From: Sminthopsis crassicaudata
Taxonomy: Eukaryota
Length of the DNA: 64,000 nucleotides
Direction of reading: 5' to 3'
Assembly (NCBI RefSeq): GCF_048593235.1
Contig: NC_133619.1
Span: 165,678,454-165,742,453, forward strand
Position numbers and translations under genes: made by a program. Positions 11,383 to 22,342 of the stretch are shown here, one piece after another; the stretch's first letter is position 1; every line of letters begins with the position of its first letter. Under the pieces are notes generated by a model. It had not been told where the DNA came from. It made no database searches and saw only the letters and a list, made by a program, of their open reading frames with translations.

Positions 11383-12286
11383 TTTTTTTTTTTTTTAGTT
11401 AAAATTTTTTTATTATAGCTTTTTATATACAAAACATATGCATGGGTAGTTTTTCAACATTGACCCTTGCAAAATTCTTTGTTTTAACTTTTCCCCTCCT
11501 TCCCTCCACCCTCTCCCCTGGATAGCAGGTAGTCCCATACATCTTAAATATGTTAAATTATATGTTTTGTTTTATAATATTATCCCTTGTATTCATTTTT
11601 CCAAATTATCCCCCCCTCCCTCCACTCCCACCCCTAGATGACAGGCAATCCCATACATATTACATGTGTTACAATATAACCTAGATACAATATATGTGTG
11701 TAAATACCATTTTCTTGTTGCACATTAAGTATTAGATTCTGAAGGTATAAGTAACCTGGGTAGAGAGACAGTAGTGCTAACAATTTACATTCACTTCCCA
11801 GTGTTTCTTCTCTGGGTGTTGTTATTTCTGCCCATCATTGATCACCTGGAAGTGAGTTGGATCTTCTCTATGTTGAAGATATCCACTTCCATCAGAATAC
11901 ATCTTCATACAGCATTAAAGTGTACAGCGATGTTCTGGTTCTGTTCATTTCACTCAGCATCAGTTGATGTCAGTCTCTCCAAACCTCTCTATATTCCTCC
12001 TGCTGGTCATTTCTTACAGAGCAATAATATTCCATAACCTTCATATACCATAATTTACCCAACCATTCTCCAATTGATGGGCATCCATTTGTCTTCCAGT
12101 TTCTAGTTACAACAAAAAGAGCTGCCACAAACATTTTGGCACATACAGGTCCCTTTCTGCTCTTTAGTATTTCTTTGGGATATAATTCCAATAGCAGTAA
12201 TGCTGGGTCAAAGGGTATGCACAATTTGATAACTCTTTGGGCATAGTTCCAAATTGCTCTCCAGAATGGCTGGATTCTTTCACATG
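11383..12286 (-). mobile_element. 5'-truncated L1 with two different 3' ends (unit copy 1)
   Basis: ORF2 C-terminal motif on minus strand; TSD AGTTGAATATCT at 11371-11382 and 12287-12298. Confidence 0.9.
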
Positions 12287-12841
12287 AGTTGAATATCTAA
12301 AAAGAAAGGAATCAGAAATAATGTCCTCCTAAAAAATCTTTTATAAATATAAATGTGTCTTAATCTGATGATTGAGTCATAATTATAAAATGAGGCAAAA
12401 AATGTGAAATAAGGGGGTTGATATAACAAAGGTTGATACTTGTTTTCTTCATGAAAGCCATGGGTGGGAAGCAATTTCTGAAAAAAAAGATTTTGTTTGG
12501 GGTGGGGGAGGAAGGATGGTGTGGGGGGAGGGTGTGGGTGTTGTGGTTGGGGGGGGGGGATTTTTCGTTGCCATGTTTCCATCTCAGCACATCAGAGAGG
12601 TGATGTGTTGAGGCTTACAAATGAGAATGTCATTGCTAAGTGACCCAATAAGGAGATGTCTCCAAATTCAAGGAGGGAGGGAAGGAGTTTTCTTCTCAAG
12701 AGTTGCTGACTCTGAAGGGTGGGATTAGAAGGAAGGTGAGAACTCAGCCCTCAAGCAGAGAGTGGAAATCCTCTCAAAAGACAAGAGTTCTCACCTTGTT
12801 GGGGGTGGAGTTAAGAGAAGGGCTAAGCAGAGGAAGAGAGA

Positions 12842-12848
12842 TATAAAA
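12842..12848 (+). promoter_or_regulatory. candidate TATA box of the array TRIM gene (also 16831, 20819, 24807, 28794)
   Basis: TATAAAAG consensus ~105 bp upstream of the relic ancestral start and ~330 bp upstream of the first in-frame ATG; not verified by transcript data. Confidence 0.55.
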
Positions 12849-12949
12849 GGCTCAACCAGCTCAGTGCCAAGGTCTTTTGCTGCCAGAGCACAAGGGCTGG
12901 AGCTAGCTCTCTCCCTACCTGAAAAGGAAGGAATCAGAGCTTTAGGAAC

Positions 12950-13174
12950 ATACATGCAAGAGTGTCATTAAAAACCTGCAGCTAGGTCTCACTTCCTTGC
13001 ATCTGCCTGAACTTCCTCATTGACTGGGTGACTGAGAGTACAGAGTGTGTCTTCTCCAGGGCAGTGAGGGAGTCACTGAAACCTCAACCTGTGCAGAGGG
13101 CAGGGGAGTCATTCATCAGACAGGCTGACTTGCTGCTGAGCAGGAACCTGCATTCTCAGTGCACCACTGGCAAG
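12950..13174 (+). pseudogene. relic RING-coding segment in the 5' leader (repeated in every unit)
   Basis: Frame-hopping translation gives IKNLQLGLTC / ICLNFLIDWVT / TEC / LLQGSEGVTETSTCAE(G or C)RGVI / DLLLSRNL; the CxHxxC core is absent. Confidence 0.8.
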
Positions 13175-14365
13175 ATGCTCCAACCTCACCTGCTGCAGAA
13201 AGAGCTGGGCCTCAGCACCTGTGATCAACATGGAGAATGTGCGATGTTCTTCTGTGAGGAAGACCAGAGAGCCCTCTGTGATTCCTGCTTATCAGCCCCA
13301 GAGCACAAGGACCACCAAGTCCTTCCCTTGGAGACAGCAGCTGACAAGTGCAAGAACACGCTCCTGGAGATGTGCAGGATCTTACACACCAAAGAAGAGA
13401 AACTTCAAATTGCACTGGGCACACTGAGAAGAAGAGAGGCACAGGTCACAGAGCGTTCCAACACTTTGAAACAGTCAACTTTTTCTGAATTTTGGAAAAT
13501 TCAACAGTTCTTGAGGAATGAAAAATATGAATACCAAAAAAGATTGGTTAAGGTATCCAGAAGCAACCTGCTCCAACTAGAAGAGTATAAGAACAAGTTG
13601 TTCCAAGGAAAACAAAAGCTGCAACAAATGATGATAGAAGTGGAGGAGAATTTGGACAAGATGCCCTTGGAAATGATCCAGGCTGTGCCAGGCACTTTGA
13701 AAAAAAATGAAGAATTTGCACTCCAATGGCCAGTGTTTCCTCTCATTACCTGGCCTTTCTGCCCCATTACAGGCATGGCAGAATTTCTCATGAGTTTCCA
13801 CAGGGATATAACTCTTGATCCTGAATCAGCCCATCCTCATCTCATCCTGTCTGAAGATTTGAAGAGCGTCCAGTATGGAAGCATTCGTCAAGACCTGCCT
13901 GACAACAAAGAGAGATTTGATTCTGTTCTCGGGGTTTTGGGAGCCCAGAAATTCACCTCAGGCAAACACTACTGGGAAGTAGAGGTGGGAGACAAGACAG
14001 AGTGGGTATTGGGCATCTGTAAAGATTCAGTCAGGAGAAAAGGGAAACTCTCATTTGAGGAGATAATGACCATTGCAGCATTCAGAGCTGGAAATGCTTT
14101 CTTCTTCTGTACTTCAGACAAGAAATTTCAATTGGCCTGGCCTCTGCACAAAGTGGGCATTTTTCTTGATTGGGAAAACCAACAATTAGCATTTTATGAT
14201 GTCACACACAGATCCCTTGTCCACAGGCAATCAAACATCGATTTGGAAGGGCCTCTTCGCCCTTATTTCTCTCCTTGCCGTCCCAAGGAAAGAAGCACCC
14301 CTGGTTCACTCATCATTTGCCCCAAGAGTCCACAGGAGAGGCCTGCCACAGGGCCTAAATACTAA
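13175..14365 (+). CDS. TRIM type B copy 1: RING-less B-box2/coiled-coil/PRY-SPRY protein, 396 aa, intronless
   Basis: First in-frame ATG (AAGATGC) at 13175; B-box2 C-x2-H-x7-C-x2-D-x4-C-x2-C-x5-H-x2-H; ITLDPESAHPHLILSEDL; FTSGKHYWEVEVG; PLRPYFSP. Confidence 0.9.
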   Translation: MLQPHLLQKELGLSTCDQHGECAMFFCEEDQRALCDSCLSAPEHKDHQVLPLETAADKCKNTLLEMCRILHTKEEKLQIALGTLRRREAQVTERSNTLKQSTFSEFWKIQQFLRNEKYEYQKRLVKVSRSNLLQLEEYKNKLFQGKQKLQQMMIEVEENLDKMPLEMIQAVPGTLKKNEEFALQWPVFPLITWPFCPITGMAEFLMSFHRDITLDPESAHPHLILSEDLKSVQYGSIRQDLPDNKERFDSVLGVLGAQKFTSGKHYWEVEVGDKTEWVLGICKDSVRRKGKLSFEEIMTIAAFRAGNAFFFCTSDKKFQLAWPLHKVGIFLDWENQQLAFYDVTHRSLVHRQSNIDLEGPLRPYFSPCRPKERSTPGSLIICPKSPQERPATGPKY

Positions 14366-14444
14366 GGGTGGCCCTTTATGAAAAGTGAATGAGTGTAACA
14401 CTGCCAGTGACACTCACTTTCTTTGTATTCCTGTTGAAATGATG

Positions 14445-14450
14445 AATAAA
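14445..14450 (+). terminator. polyadenylation signal AATAAA of the array gene (also 18434, 22422, 26410, 30397)
   Basis: AATAAA 80 nt after the stop; the equivalent site is kept in type A copies (3739, 33121). Confidence 0.6.
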
Positions 14451-15374
14451 GTGTGATGATTTAAACCCAGAAACTCTGTCTATTTTGTTAATCCTTCTTT
14501 CCATAAAAAGGACAGCTCATTTTTTCTTCCCTTTGGTGGCTGATCTTCCAGTACCTAATTGGGAAGGGGAGGCTGTTGGAAGAATAGGAGAAAAGAAAGG
14601 AGAAGGAAAAAACTTCCAAGTACAAAAGGAGGAAGAGCAAAATTTGGAATGCTAAATCGCAGTAGGAATATCTAAACAACCAAGCAGATAAGGAAGCAAA
14701 GATATAAAGAAAGAAAAGGAAGAAGCCTTTTCTTGGTTGAAAGTCTAGGCAGATGGGTAGGGAAAGTCTATTGCTCTGAGTGAGAGGGATCTACTGGAGG
14801 ATCATAGCAGACTCAAAGATCTTGCAGGAAATAAGAAAATATAAGAGAGGTACAGGTAGAAAGGTGTTGTGAAGAATTGCAATAAATTAGTCCTCAATTG
14901 AGTAGGAAATTGAAGCCAGACGTTTTGCCAAATATGCTTTCATTTTTTCTCTTGTACAAGTTTCTGTACCTCTTCTCAGAGCTATCCCATTATGGAATAC
15001 AAGCTAGAACATGGGTGATACTGTCACCATGTGTCTATGTTAAAGTCCCATTTTTCAAGCCAATTAAACACAAGTTGCAATATTTTGAAAATTTGAAGAG
15101 TAAAATCACTGTGGTCTAAAGTGCCTAGGTGTGAACAGCATTGTGTATCTGTAATTTCATTGGAGTATTTTTAAAAGGGGACCAATGGTGACAACACAGC
15201 CCCAGGGAAGACAGTTGAAGCACTATGCAAAGTGGGAGTTCTCACCTTCTGAGCAGTAAATAAAAGAACCTGGATGAGGCAAACAATGAAAAATAAATAA
15301 TAGGAACTCACTTCTCACTTCTTTGTGGCAAGAACCAAAAGGAGAAAGCAATCTTTTTTCTCAGTTGAATATCT

Positions 15375-16274
15375 TTTTTTTTTAATTAAAATATTTTATA
15401 TTATAGCTTTTCATATACAAAACATATGCATGGGTAGTTTTTCAACATTGACCCTTGCAAAATTCTTTGTTTTAACTTTTCCCCTCCTTCCCTCCACCCT
15501 CTCCCCTAGATAGCAGGTAGTCCCATACATCTTAAATATGTTAAATTATATGTTTTGTTTTATAATATTATCCCTTGTATTCATTTTTCCAAATTATCCC
15601 CCCCTCCCTCCACTCCCACCCCTAGATGACAGGCAATCCCATACATATTACATGTGTTACAATATAACCTAGATACAATATATGTGTGTAAATACCATTT
15701 TCTTGTTGCACATTAAGTATTAGATTCTGAAGGTATAAGTAACCTGGGTAGAGAGACAGTAGTGCTAACAATTTACATTCACTTCCCAGTGTTTCTTCTC
15801 TGGGTGTTGTTATTTCTGCCCATCATTGATCACCTGGAAGTGAGTTGGATCTTCTCTATGTTGAAGATTTCCACTTCCATCAGAATACATCTTCATACAG
15901 CATTGAAGTGTACAGTGATCTTCTGGTTCTGTTCATTTCACTCAGCATCAGTTGATGTCAGTCTCTCCAAACCTCTCTATATTCCTCCTGCTGGTCATTT
16001 CTTACAGAGCAATAATATTCCATAACCTTCATATACCATAATTTACCCAACCATTCTCCAACTAATGGGCATCCATTTGTCTTCCAGTTTCTAGCTACAA
16101 CAAAAAGAGCTGCCACAAACATTTTGGCACATACAGGTCCCTTTCCGCTCTTTAGTATTTCTTTGGGATATAATTCCAATAGCAGTAATGCTGGGTCAAA
16201 GGGTATGCACAATTTGATAACTCTTTGGGCATAGTTCCATATTGCTCTCCAGAATGGCTGGATTCTTTCACATG
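15375..16274 (-). mobile_element. 5'-truncated L1 (unit copy 2)
   Basis: Same element; TSD at 15363-15374 and 16275-16286. Confidence 0.9.
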
Positions 16275-17163
16275 AGTTGAATATCTAAAAAGAAAGGAAT
16301 CAGAAATAATGTCCTCCTAAAAAATCTTTTATAAATATAAATGTGTCTTAATCTGATGATTGAGTCATAATTATAAAATGAGGCGAAAAATGTGAAATAA
16401 GGGGGTTGATATAGCAAAGGTTGATACTTGTTTTCTTCATGAAAGCCATGGGTGGGAAGCAATTTCTGAAAAAAAAGATTTTGTTTGGGGTGGGGGAGGA
16501 AGGGTGGTGTGGGGGGAGGGTGTGGGTGTTGTGGTTGGGGGGGGGGGGATTTTTCGTTGCCATGTTTCCATCTCAGCACATCAGAGAGGTGATGTGTTGA
16601 GGCTTACAAATGAGAATGTTATTGCTAAGTGACCCAATAAGGAGATGTCTCCAAGTTCAAGGAGGGAGGGAAGGAGTTTTCTTCTCAAGAGTTGCTGACT
16701 CTGAAGGGTGGGATTAGAAGGAAGGTGAGAACTCAGCCCTCAAGCAGAGAGTGGAAATCCTCTCAAAAGACAAGAGTTCTCACCTTGTTGGGGGTGGAGT
16801 TAAGAGAAGGGCTAAGCAGAGGAAGAGAGATATAAAAGGCTCAACCAGCTCAGTGCCAAGGTCTTTTGCTGCCAGAGCACAAGGGCTGGAGCTAGCTCTC
16901 TCCCTACCTGAAAAGGAAGGAATCAGAGCTTTAGGAACATACATGCAAGAGTGTCATTAAAAACCTGCAGCTAGGTCTCACTTGCTTGCATCTGCCTGAA
17001 CTTCCTCATTGACTGGGTGACTGAGAGTACAGAGTGTGTCTTCTCCAGGGCAGTGAGGGAGTCACTGAAACCTCAACCTGTGCAGAGGGCAGGGGAGTCA
17101 TTCATCAGACAGGCTGACTTGCTGCTGAGCAGGAACCTGCATTCTCAGTGCACCACTGGCAAG

Positions 17164-18354
17164 ATGCTCCAACCTCACCTGCTGCAGAAAGAGCTGGGCC
17201 TCAGCACCTGTGATCAACATGGAGAACGAGCGATGTTCTTCTGTGAGGAAGACCAGAGAGCCCTCTGTGATTCCTGCTTATCAGCCCCAGAGCACAAGGA
17301 CCACCAAGTCCTTCCCTTGGAGACAGCAGCTGACAAGTGCAAGAACACGCTCCTGGAGATGTGCAGGATCTTACACACCAAAGAAGAGAAACTTCAAATT
17401 GCACTGGGCACACTGAGAAGAAGAGAGGCACAGGTCACAGAGCGTTCCAACACTTTGAAACAGTCAACTTTTTCTGAATTTTGGAAAATTCAACAGTTCT
17501 TGAGGAATGAAAAATATGAATACCAAAAAAGATTGGTTAAGGTATCCAGAAGCAACCTGCTCCAACTAGAAGAGTATAAGAACAAGTTGTTCCAAGGAAA
17601 ACAAAAGCTGCAACAAATGATGATAGAAGTGGAGGAGAATTTGGACAAGATGCCCTTGGAAATGATCCAGGCTGTGCCAGGCACTTTGAAAAAAAATGAA
17701 GAATTTGCACTCCAATGGCCAGTGTTTCCTCTCATTACCTGGCCTTTCTGCCCCATTACAGGCATGGCAGAATTTCTCATGAGTTTCCACAGGGATATAA
17801 CTCTTGATCCTGAATCAGCCCATCCTCATCTCATCCTGTCTGAAGATTTGAAGAGCGTCCAGTATGGAAGCATTCGTCAAGACCTGCCTGACAACAAAGA
17901 GAGATTTGATTCTGTTCTCGGGGTTTTGGGAGCCCAGAAATTCACCTCAGGCAAACACTACTGGGAAGTAGAGGTGGGAGACAAGACAGAGTGGGTATTG
18001 GGCATCTGTAAAGATTCAGTCAGGAGAAAAGGGAAACTCTCATTTGAGGAGATAATGACCATTGCAGCATTCAGAGCTGGAAATGCTTTCTTCTTCTGTA
18101 CTTCAGACAAGAAATTTCAATTGGCCTGGCCTCTGCACAAAGTGGGCATTTTTCTTGATTGGGAAAACCAACAATTAGCATTTTATGATGTCACACACAG
18201 ATCCCTTGTCCACAGGCAATCAAACATCGATTTGGAAGGGACTCTTCGCCCTTATTTCTCTCCTTGCCGTCCCAAGGAAAGAAGCACCCCTGGTTCACTC
18301 ATCATTTGCCCCAAGAGTCCACAGGAGAGGCCTGCCACAGGGCCTAAATACTAA
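17164..18354 (+). CDS. TRIM type B copy 2, 396 aa
   Basis: As copy 1; differs by C->R in the B-box and P->T in SPRY. Confidence 0.9.
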   Translation: MLQPHLLQKELGLSTCDQHGERAMFFCEEDQRALCDSCLSAPEHKDHQVLPLETAADKCKNTLLEMCRILHTKEEKLQIALGTLRRREAQVTERSNTLKQSTFSEFWKIQQFLRNEKYEYQKRLVKVSRSNLLQLEEYKNKLFQGKQKLQQMMIEVEENLDKMPLEMIQAVPGTLKKNEEFALQWPVFPLITWPFCPITGMAEFLMSFHRDITLDPESAHPHLILSEDLKSVQYGSIRQDLPDNKERFDSVLGVLGAQKFTSGKHYWEVEVGDKTEWVLGICKDSVRRKGKLSFEEIMTIAAFRAGNAFFFCTSDKKFQLAWPLHKVGIFLDWENQQLAFYDVTHRSLVHRQSNIDLEGTLRPYFSPCRPKERSTPGSLIICPKSPQERPATGPKY

Positions 18355-19362
18355 GGGTGGCCCTTTATGAAAAGTGAATGAGTGTAACACTGCCAGTGAC
18401 ACTCACTTTCTTTGTATTCCTGTTGAAATGATGAATAAAGTGTGATGATTTAAACCCAGAAACTCTGTCTATTTTGTTAATCCTTCTTTCCATAAAAAGG
18501 ACAGCTCATTTTTTCTTCCCTTTGGGGCTGATCTTCCAGTACCTAATTGGGAAGGGGAGGCTGTTGGAAGAATAGGAGAAAAGAAAGGAGAAGGAAAAAA
18601 CTTCCAAGTACAAAAGGAGGAAGAGCAAAATTTGGAATGCTAAATCGCAGTAGGAATATCTAAACAACCAAGCAGATAAGGAAGCAAAGATATAAAGAAA
18701 GAAAAGGAAGAAGCCTTTTCTTGGTTGAAAGTCTAGGCAGATGGGTAGGGAAAGTCTATTGCTCTGAGTGAGAGGGATCTACTGGAGGATCATAGCAGAC
18801 TCAAAGATCTTGCAGGAAATAAGAAAATATAAGAGAGGTACAGGTAGAAAGGTGCTGTGAAGAATTGCAATAAATTAGTCCTCAATTGAGTAGGAAATTG
18901 AAGCCAGACGTTTTGCCAAATATGCTTTCATTTTTTCTCTTGTACAAGTTTCTGTACCTCTTCTCAGAGCTATCCCATTATGGAATACAAGCTAGAACAT
19001 GGGTGATACTGTCACCATGTGTCTATGTTAAAGTCCCATTTTTCAAGCCAATTAAACACAAGTTGCAATATTTTGAAAATTTGAAGAGTAAAATCACTGT
19101 GGTCTAAAGTGCCTAGGTGTGAACAGCATTGTGTATCTGTAATTTCATTGGAGTATTTTTAAAAGGGGACCAATGGTGACAACACAGCCCCAGGGAAGAC
19201 AGTTGAAGCACTATGCAAAGTGGGAGTTCTCACCTTCTGAGCAGTAAATAAAAGAACCTGGATGAGGCAAACAATGAAAAATAAATAATAGGAACTCACT
19301 TCTCACTTCTTTGTGGCAAGAACCAAAAGGAGAAAGCAATCTTTTTTCTCAGTTGAATATCT

Positions 19363-20262
19363 TTTTTTTTTAATTAAAATATTTTAAATTATAGCTTTTC
19401 ATATACAAAACATATGCATGGGTAGTTTTTCAACATTGACCCTTGCAAAATTCTTTGTTTTAACTTTTCCCCTCCTTCCCTCCACCCTCTCCCCTAGATA
19501 GCAGGTAGTCCCATAAATCTTAAATATGTTAAATTATATGTTTTGTTTTATAATATTATCCCTTGTATTCATTTTTCCAAATTATCCCCCCCTCCCTCCA
19601 CTCCCACCCCTAGATGACAGGCAATCCCATACATATTACATGTGTTACAATATAACCTAGATACAATATATGTGTGTAAATACCATTTTCTTGTTGCACA
19701 TTAAGTATTAGATTCTGAAGGTATAAGTAACCTGGGTAGAGAGACAGTAGTGCTAACAATTTACATTCACTTCCCAGTGTTTCTTCTCTGGGTGTAGTTA
19801 TTTCTGCCCATCATTGATCACCTGGAAGTGAGTTGGATCTTCTCTATGTTGAAGATTTCCACTTCCATCAGAATACATCTTCATACAGCATTAAAGTGTA
19901 CAGTGATCTTCTGGTTCTGTTCATTTCACTCAGCATCAGTTGATGTAAGTCTCTCCAAGCCTCTCTGTATTCCTCCTGCTGGTCATTTCTTACAGAGCAA
20001 TAATATTCCATAACCTTCATATACCATAATTTACCCAACCATTCTCCAATTGATGGGCATCCATTTGTCTTCCAGTTTCTAGCTACAACAAAAAGAGCTG
20101 CCACAAACATTTTGGCACATACAGGTCCCTTTCTGCTCTTTAGTATTTCTTTGGGATATAATCCCAATAGCAGTAATGCTGGGTCAAAGGGTATGCACAA
20201 TTTGATAACTCTTTGGGCATAGTTCCAAATTGCTCTCCAGAATGGCTGGATTCTTTCACATC
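19363..20262 (-). mobile_element. 5'-truncated L1 (unit copy 3)
   Basis: Same element; TSD 19351-19362 and 20263-20274 (extends to TCAGTTGAATATCT here). Confidence 0.9.
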
Positions 20263-21151
20263 AGTTGAATATCTAAAAAGAAAGGAATCAGAAATAATGT
20301 CCTCCTAAAAAATCTTTTATAAATATAAATGTGTCTTAATCTGATGATTGAGTCATAATTATAAAATGAGGCAAAAAATGTGAAATAAGGGGGTTGATAT
20401 AGCAAAGGTTGATACTTGTTTTCTTCATGAAAGCCATGGGTGGGAAGCAATTTCTGAAAAAAAAGATTTTGTTTGGGGTGGGGGAGGAAGGGTGGTGTGG
20501 GGGGAGGGTGTGGGTGTTGTGGTTGGGGGGGGCGGGATTTTTCGTTGCCATGTTTCCATCTCAGCACATCAGAGAGGTGATGTGTTGAGGCTTACAAATG
20601 AGAATGTTATTGCTAAGTGACCCAATAAGGAGATGTCTCCAAGTTCAAGGAGGGAGGGAAGGAGTTTTCTTCTCAAGAGTTGCTGACTCTGAAGGGTGGG
20701 ATTAGAAGGAAGGTGAGAACTCAGCCCTCAAGCAGAGAGTGGAAATCCTCTCAAAAGACAAGAGTTCTCACCTTGTTGGGGGTGGAGTTAAGAGAAGGGC
20801 TAAGCAGAGGAAGAGAGATATAAAAGGCTCAACCAGCTCAGTGCCAAGGTCTTTTGCTGCCAGAGCACAAGGGCTGGAGCTAGCTCTCTCCCTACCTGAA
20901 AAGGAAGGAATCAGAGCTTTAGGAACATACATGCAAGAGTGTCATTAAAAACCTGCAGCTAGGTCTCACTTGCTTGCATCTGCCTGAACTTCCTCATTGA
21001 CTGGGTGACTGAGAGTACAGAGTGTGTCTTCTCCAGGGCAGTGAGGGAGTCACTGAAACCTCAACCTGTGCAGAGGGCAGGGGAGTCATTCATCAGACAG
21101 GCTGACTTGCTGCTGAGCAGGAACCTGCATTCTCAGTGCACCACTGGCAAG

Positions 21152-22342
21152 ATGCTCCAACCTCACCTGCTGCAGAAAGAGCTGGGCCTCAGCACCTGTG
21201 ATCAACATGGAGAACGAGCGATGTTCTTCTGTGAGGAAGACCAGAGAGCCCTCTGTGATTCCTGCTTATCAGCCCCAGAGCACAAGGACCACCAAGTCCT
21301 TCCCTTGGAGACAGCAGCTGACAAGTGCAAGAACACGCTCCTGGAGATGTGCAGGATCTTACACACCAAAGAAGAGAAACTTCAAATTGCACTGGGCACA
21401 CTGAGAAGAAGAGAGGCACAGGTCACAGAGCGTTCCAACACTTTGAAACAGTCAACTTTTTCTGAATTTTGGAAAATTCAACAGTTCTTGAGGAATGAAA
21501 AATATGAATACCAAAAAAGATTGGTTAAGGTATCCAGAAGCAACCTGCTCCAACTAGAAGAGTATAAGAACAAGTTGTTCCAAGGAAAACAAAAGCTGCA
21601 ACAAATGATGATAGAAGTGGAGGAGAATTTGGACAAGATGCCCTTGGAAATGATCCAGGCTGTGCCAGGCACTTTGAAAAAAAATGAAGAATTTGCACTC
21701 CAATGGCCAGTGTTTCCTCTCATTACCTGGCCTTTCTGCCCCATTACAGGCATGGCAGAATTTCTCATGAGTTTCCACAGGGATATAACTCTTGATCCTG
21801 AATCAGCCCATCCTCATCTCATCCTGTCTGAAGATTTGAAGAGCGTCCAGTATGGAAGCATTCGTCAAGACCTGCCTGACAACAAAGAGAGATTTGATTC
21901 TGTTCTCGGGGTTTTGGGAGCCCAGAAATTCACCTCAGGCAAACACTACTGGGAAGTAGAGGTGGGAGACAAGACAGAGTGGGTATTGGGCATCTGTAAA
22001 GATTCAGTCAGGAGAAAAGGGAAACTCTCATTTGAGGAGATAATGACCATTGCAGCATTCAGAGCTGGAAATGCTTTCTTCTTCTGTACTTCAGACAAGA
22101 AATTTCAATTGGCCTGGCCTCTGCACAAAGTGGGCATTTTTCTTGATTGGGAAAACCAACAATTAGCATTTTATGATGTCACACACAGATCCCTTGTCCA
22201 CAGGCAATCAAACATCGATTTGGAAGGGACTCTTCGCCCTTATTTCTCTCCTTGCCGTCCCAAGGAAAGAAGCACCCCTGGTTCACTCATCATTTGCCCC
22301 AAGAGTCCACAGGAGAGGCCTGCCACAGGGCCTAAATACTAA
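21152..22342 (+). CDS. TRIM type B copy 3, 396 aa
   Basis: Protein identical to copy 2 in the ORF track. Confidence 0.88.
   Translation: MLQPHLLQKELGLSTCDQHGERAMFFCEEDQRALCDSCLSAPEHKDHQVLPLETAADKCKNTLLEMCRILHTKEEKLQIALGTLRRREAQVTERSNTLKQSTFSEFWKIQQFLRNEKYEYQKRLVKVSRSNLLQLEEYKNKLFQGKQKLQQMMIEVEENLDKMPLEMIQAVPGTLKKNEEFALQWPVFPLITWPFCPITGMAEFLMSFHRDITLDPESAHPHLILSEDLKSVQYGSIRQDLPDNKERFDSVLGVLGAQKFTSGKHYWEVEVGDKTEWVLGICKDSVRRKGKLSFEEIMTIAAFRAGNAFFFCTSDKKFQLAWPLHKVGIFLDWENQQLAFYDVTHRSLVHRQSNIDLEGTLRPYFSPCRPKERSTPGSLIICPKSPQERPATGPKY

Noticed and set aside
12373-12780. Inflammatory promoter signature (AP-1 at 12373, kappaB-like GGAAATCCT, Maf-like TGCTGACTC)
   Set aside because: Only the AP-1 site is a full consensus match; the others have mismatches and are expected by chance.
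12280-12971. Repeated small ORFs in each unit (69-aa MEILSK..., 100-103-aa proline-rich minus ORF, 87-aa MLTIYIH...)
   Set aside because: They recur only because the unit is repeated; they use non-ATG starts, derive from the G-tract or antisense L1, and shift frame between units.
13028-13174. 445-aa version of the array protein starting at 13028 (and equivalents)
   Set aside because: The start is GTG, and the extra 49 residues are partly out-of-frame RING relic; the first ATG with good context is 13175.
12950-13174. Recoding (ribosomal frameshifting) that could restore a RING
   Set aside because: The CxHxxC core is physically deleted and the start codon is lost, so no frame combination gives a complete RING.
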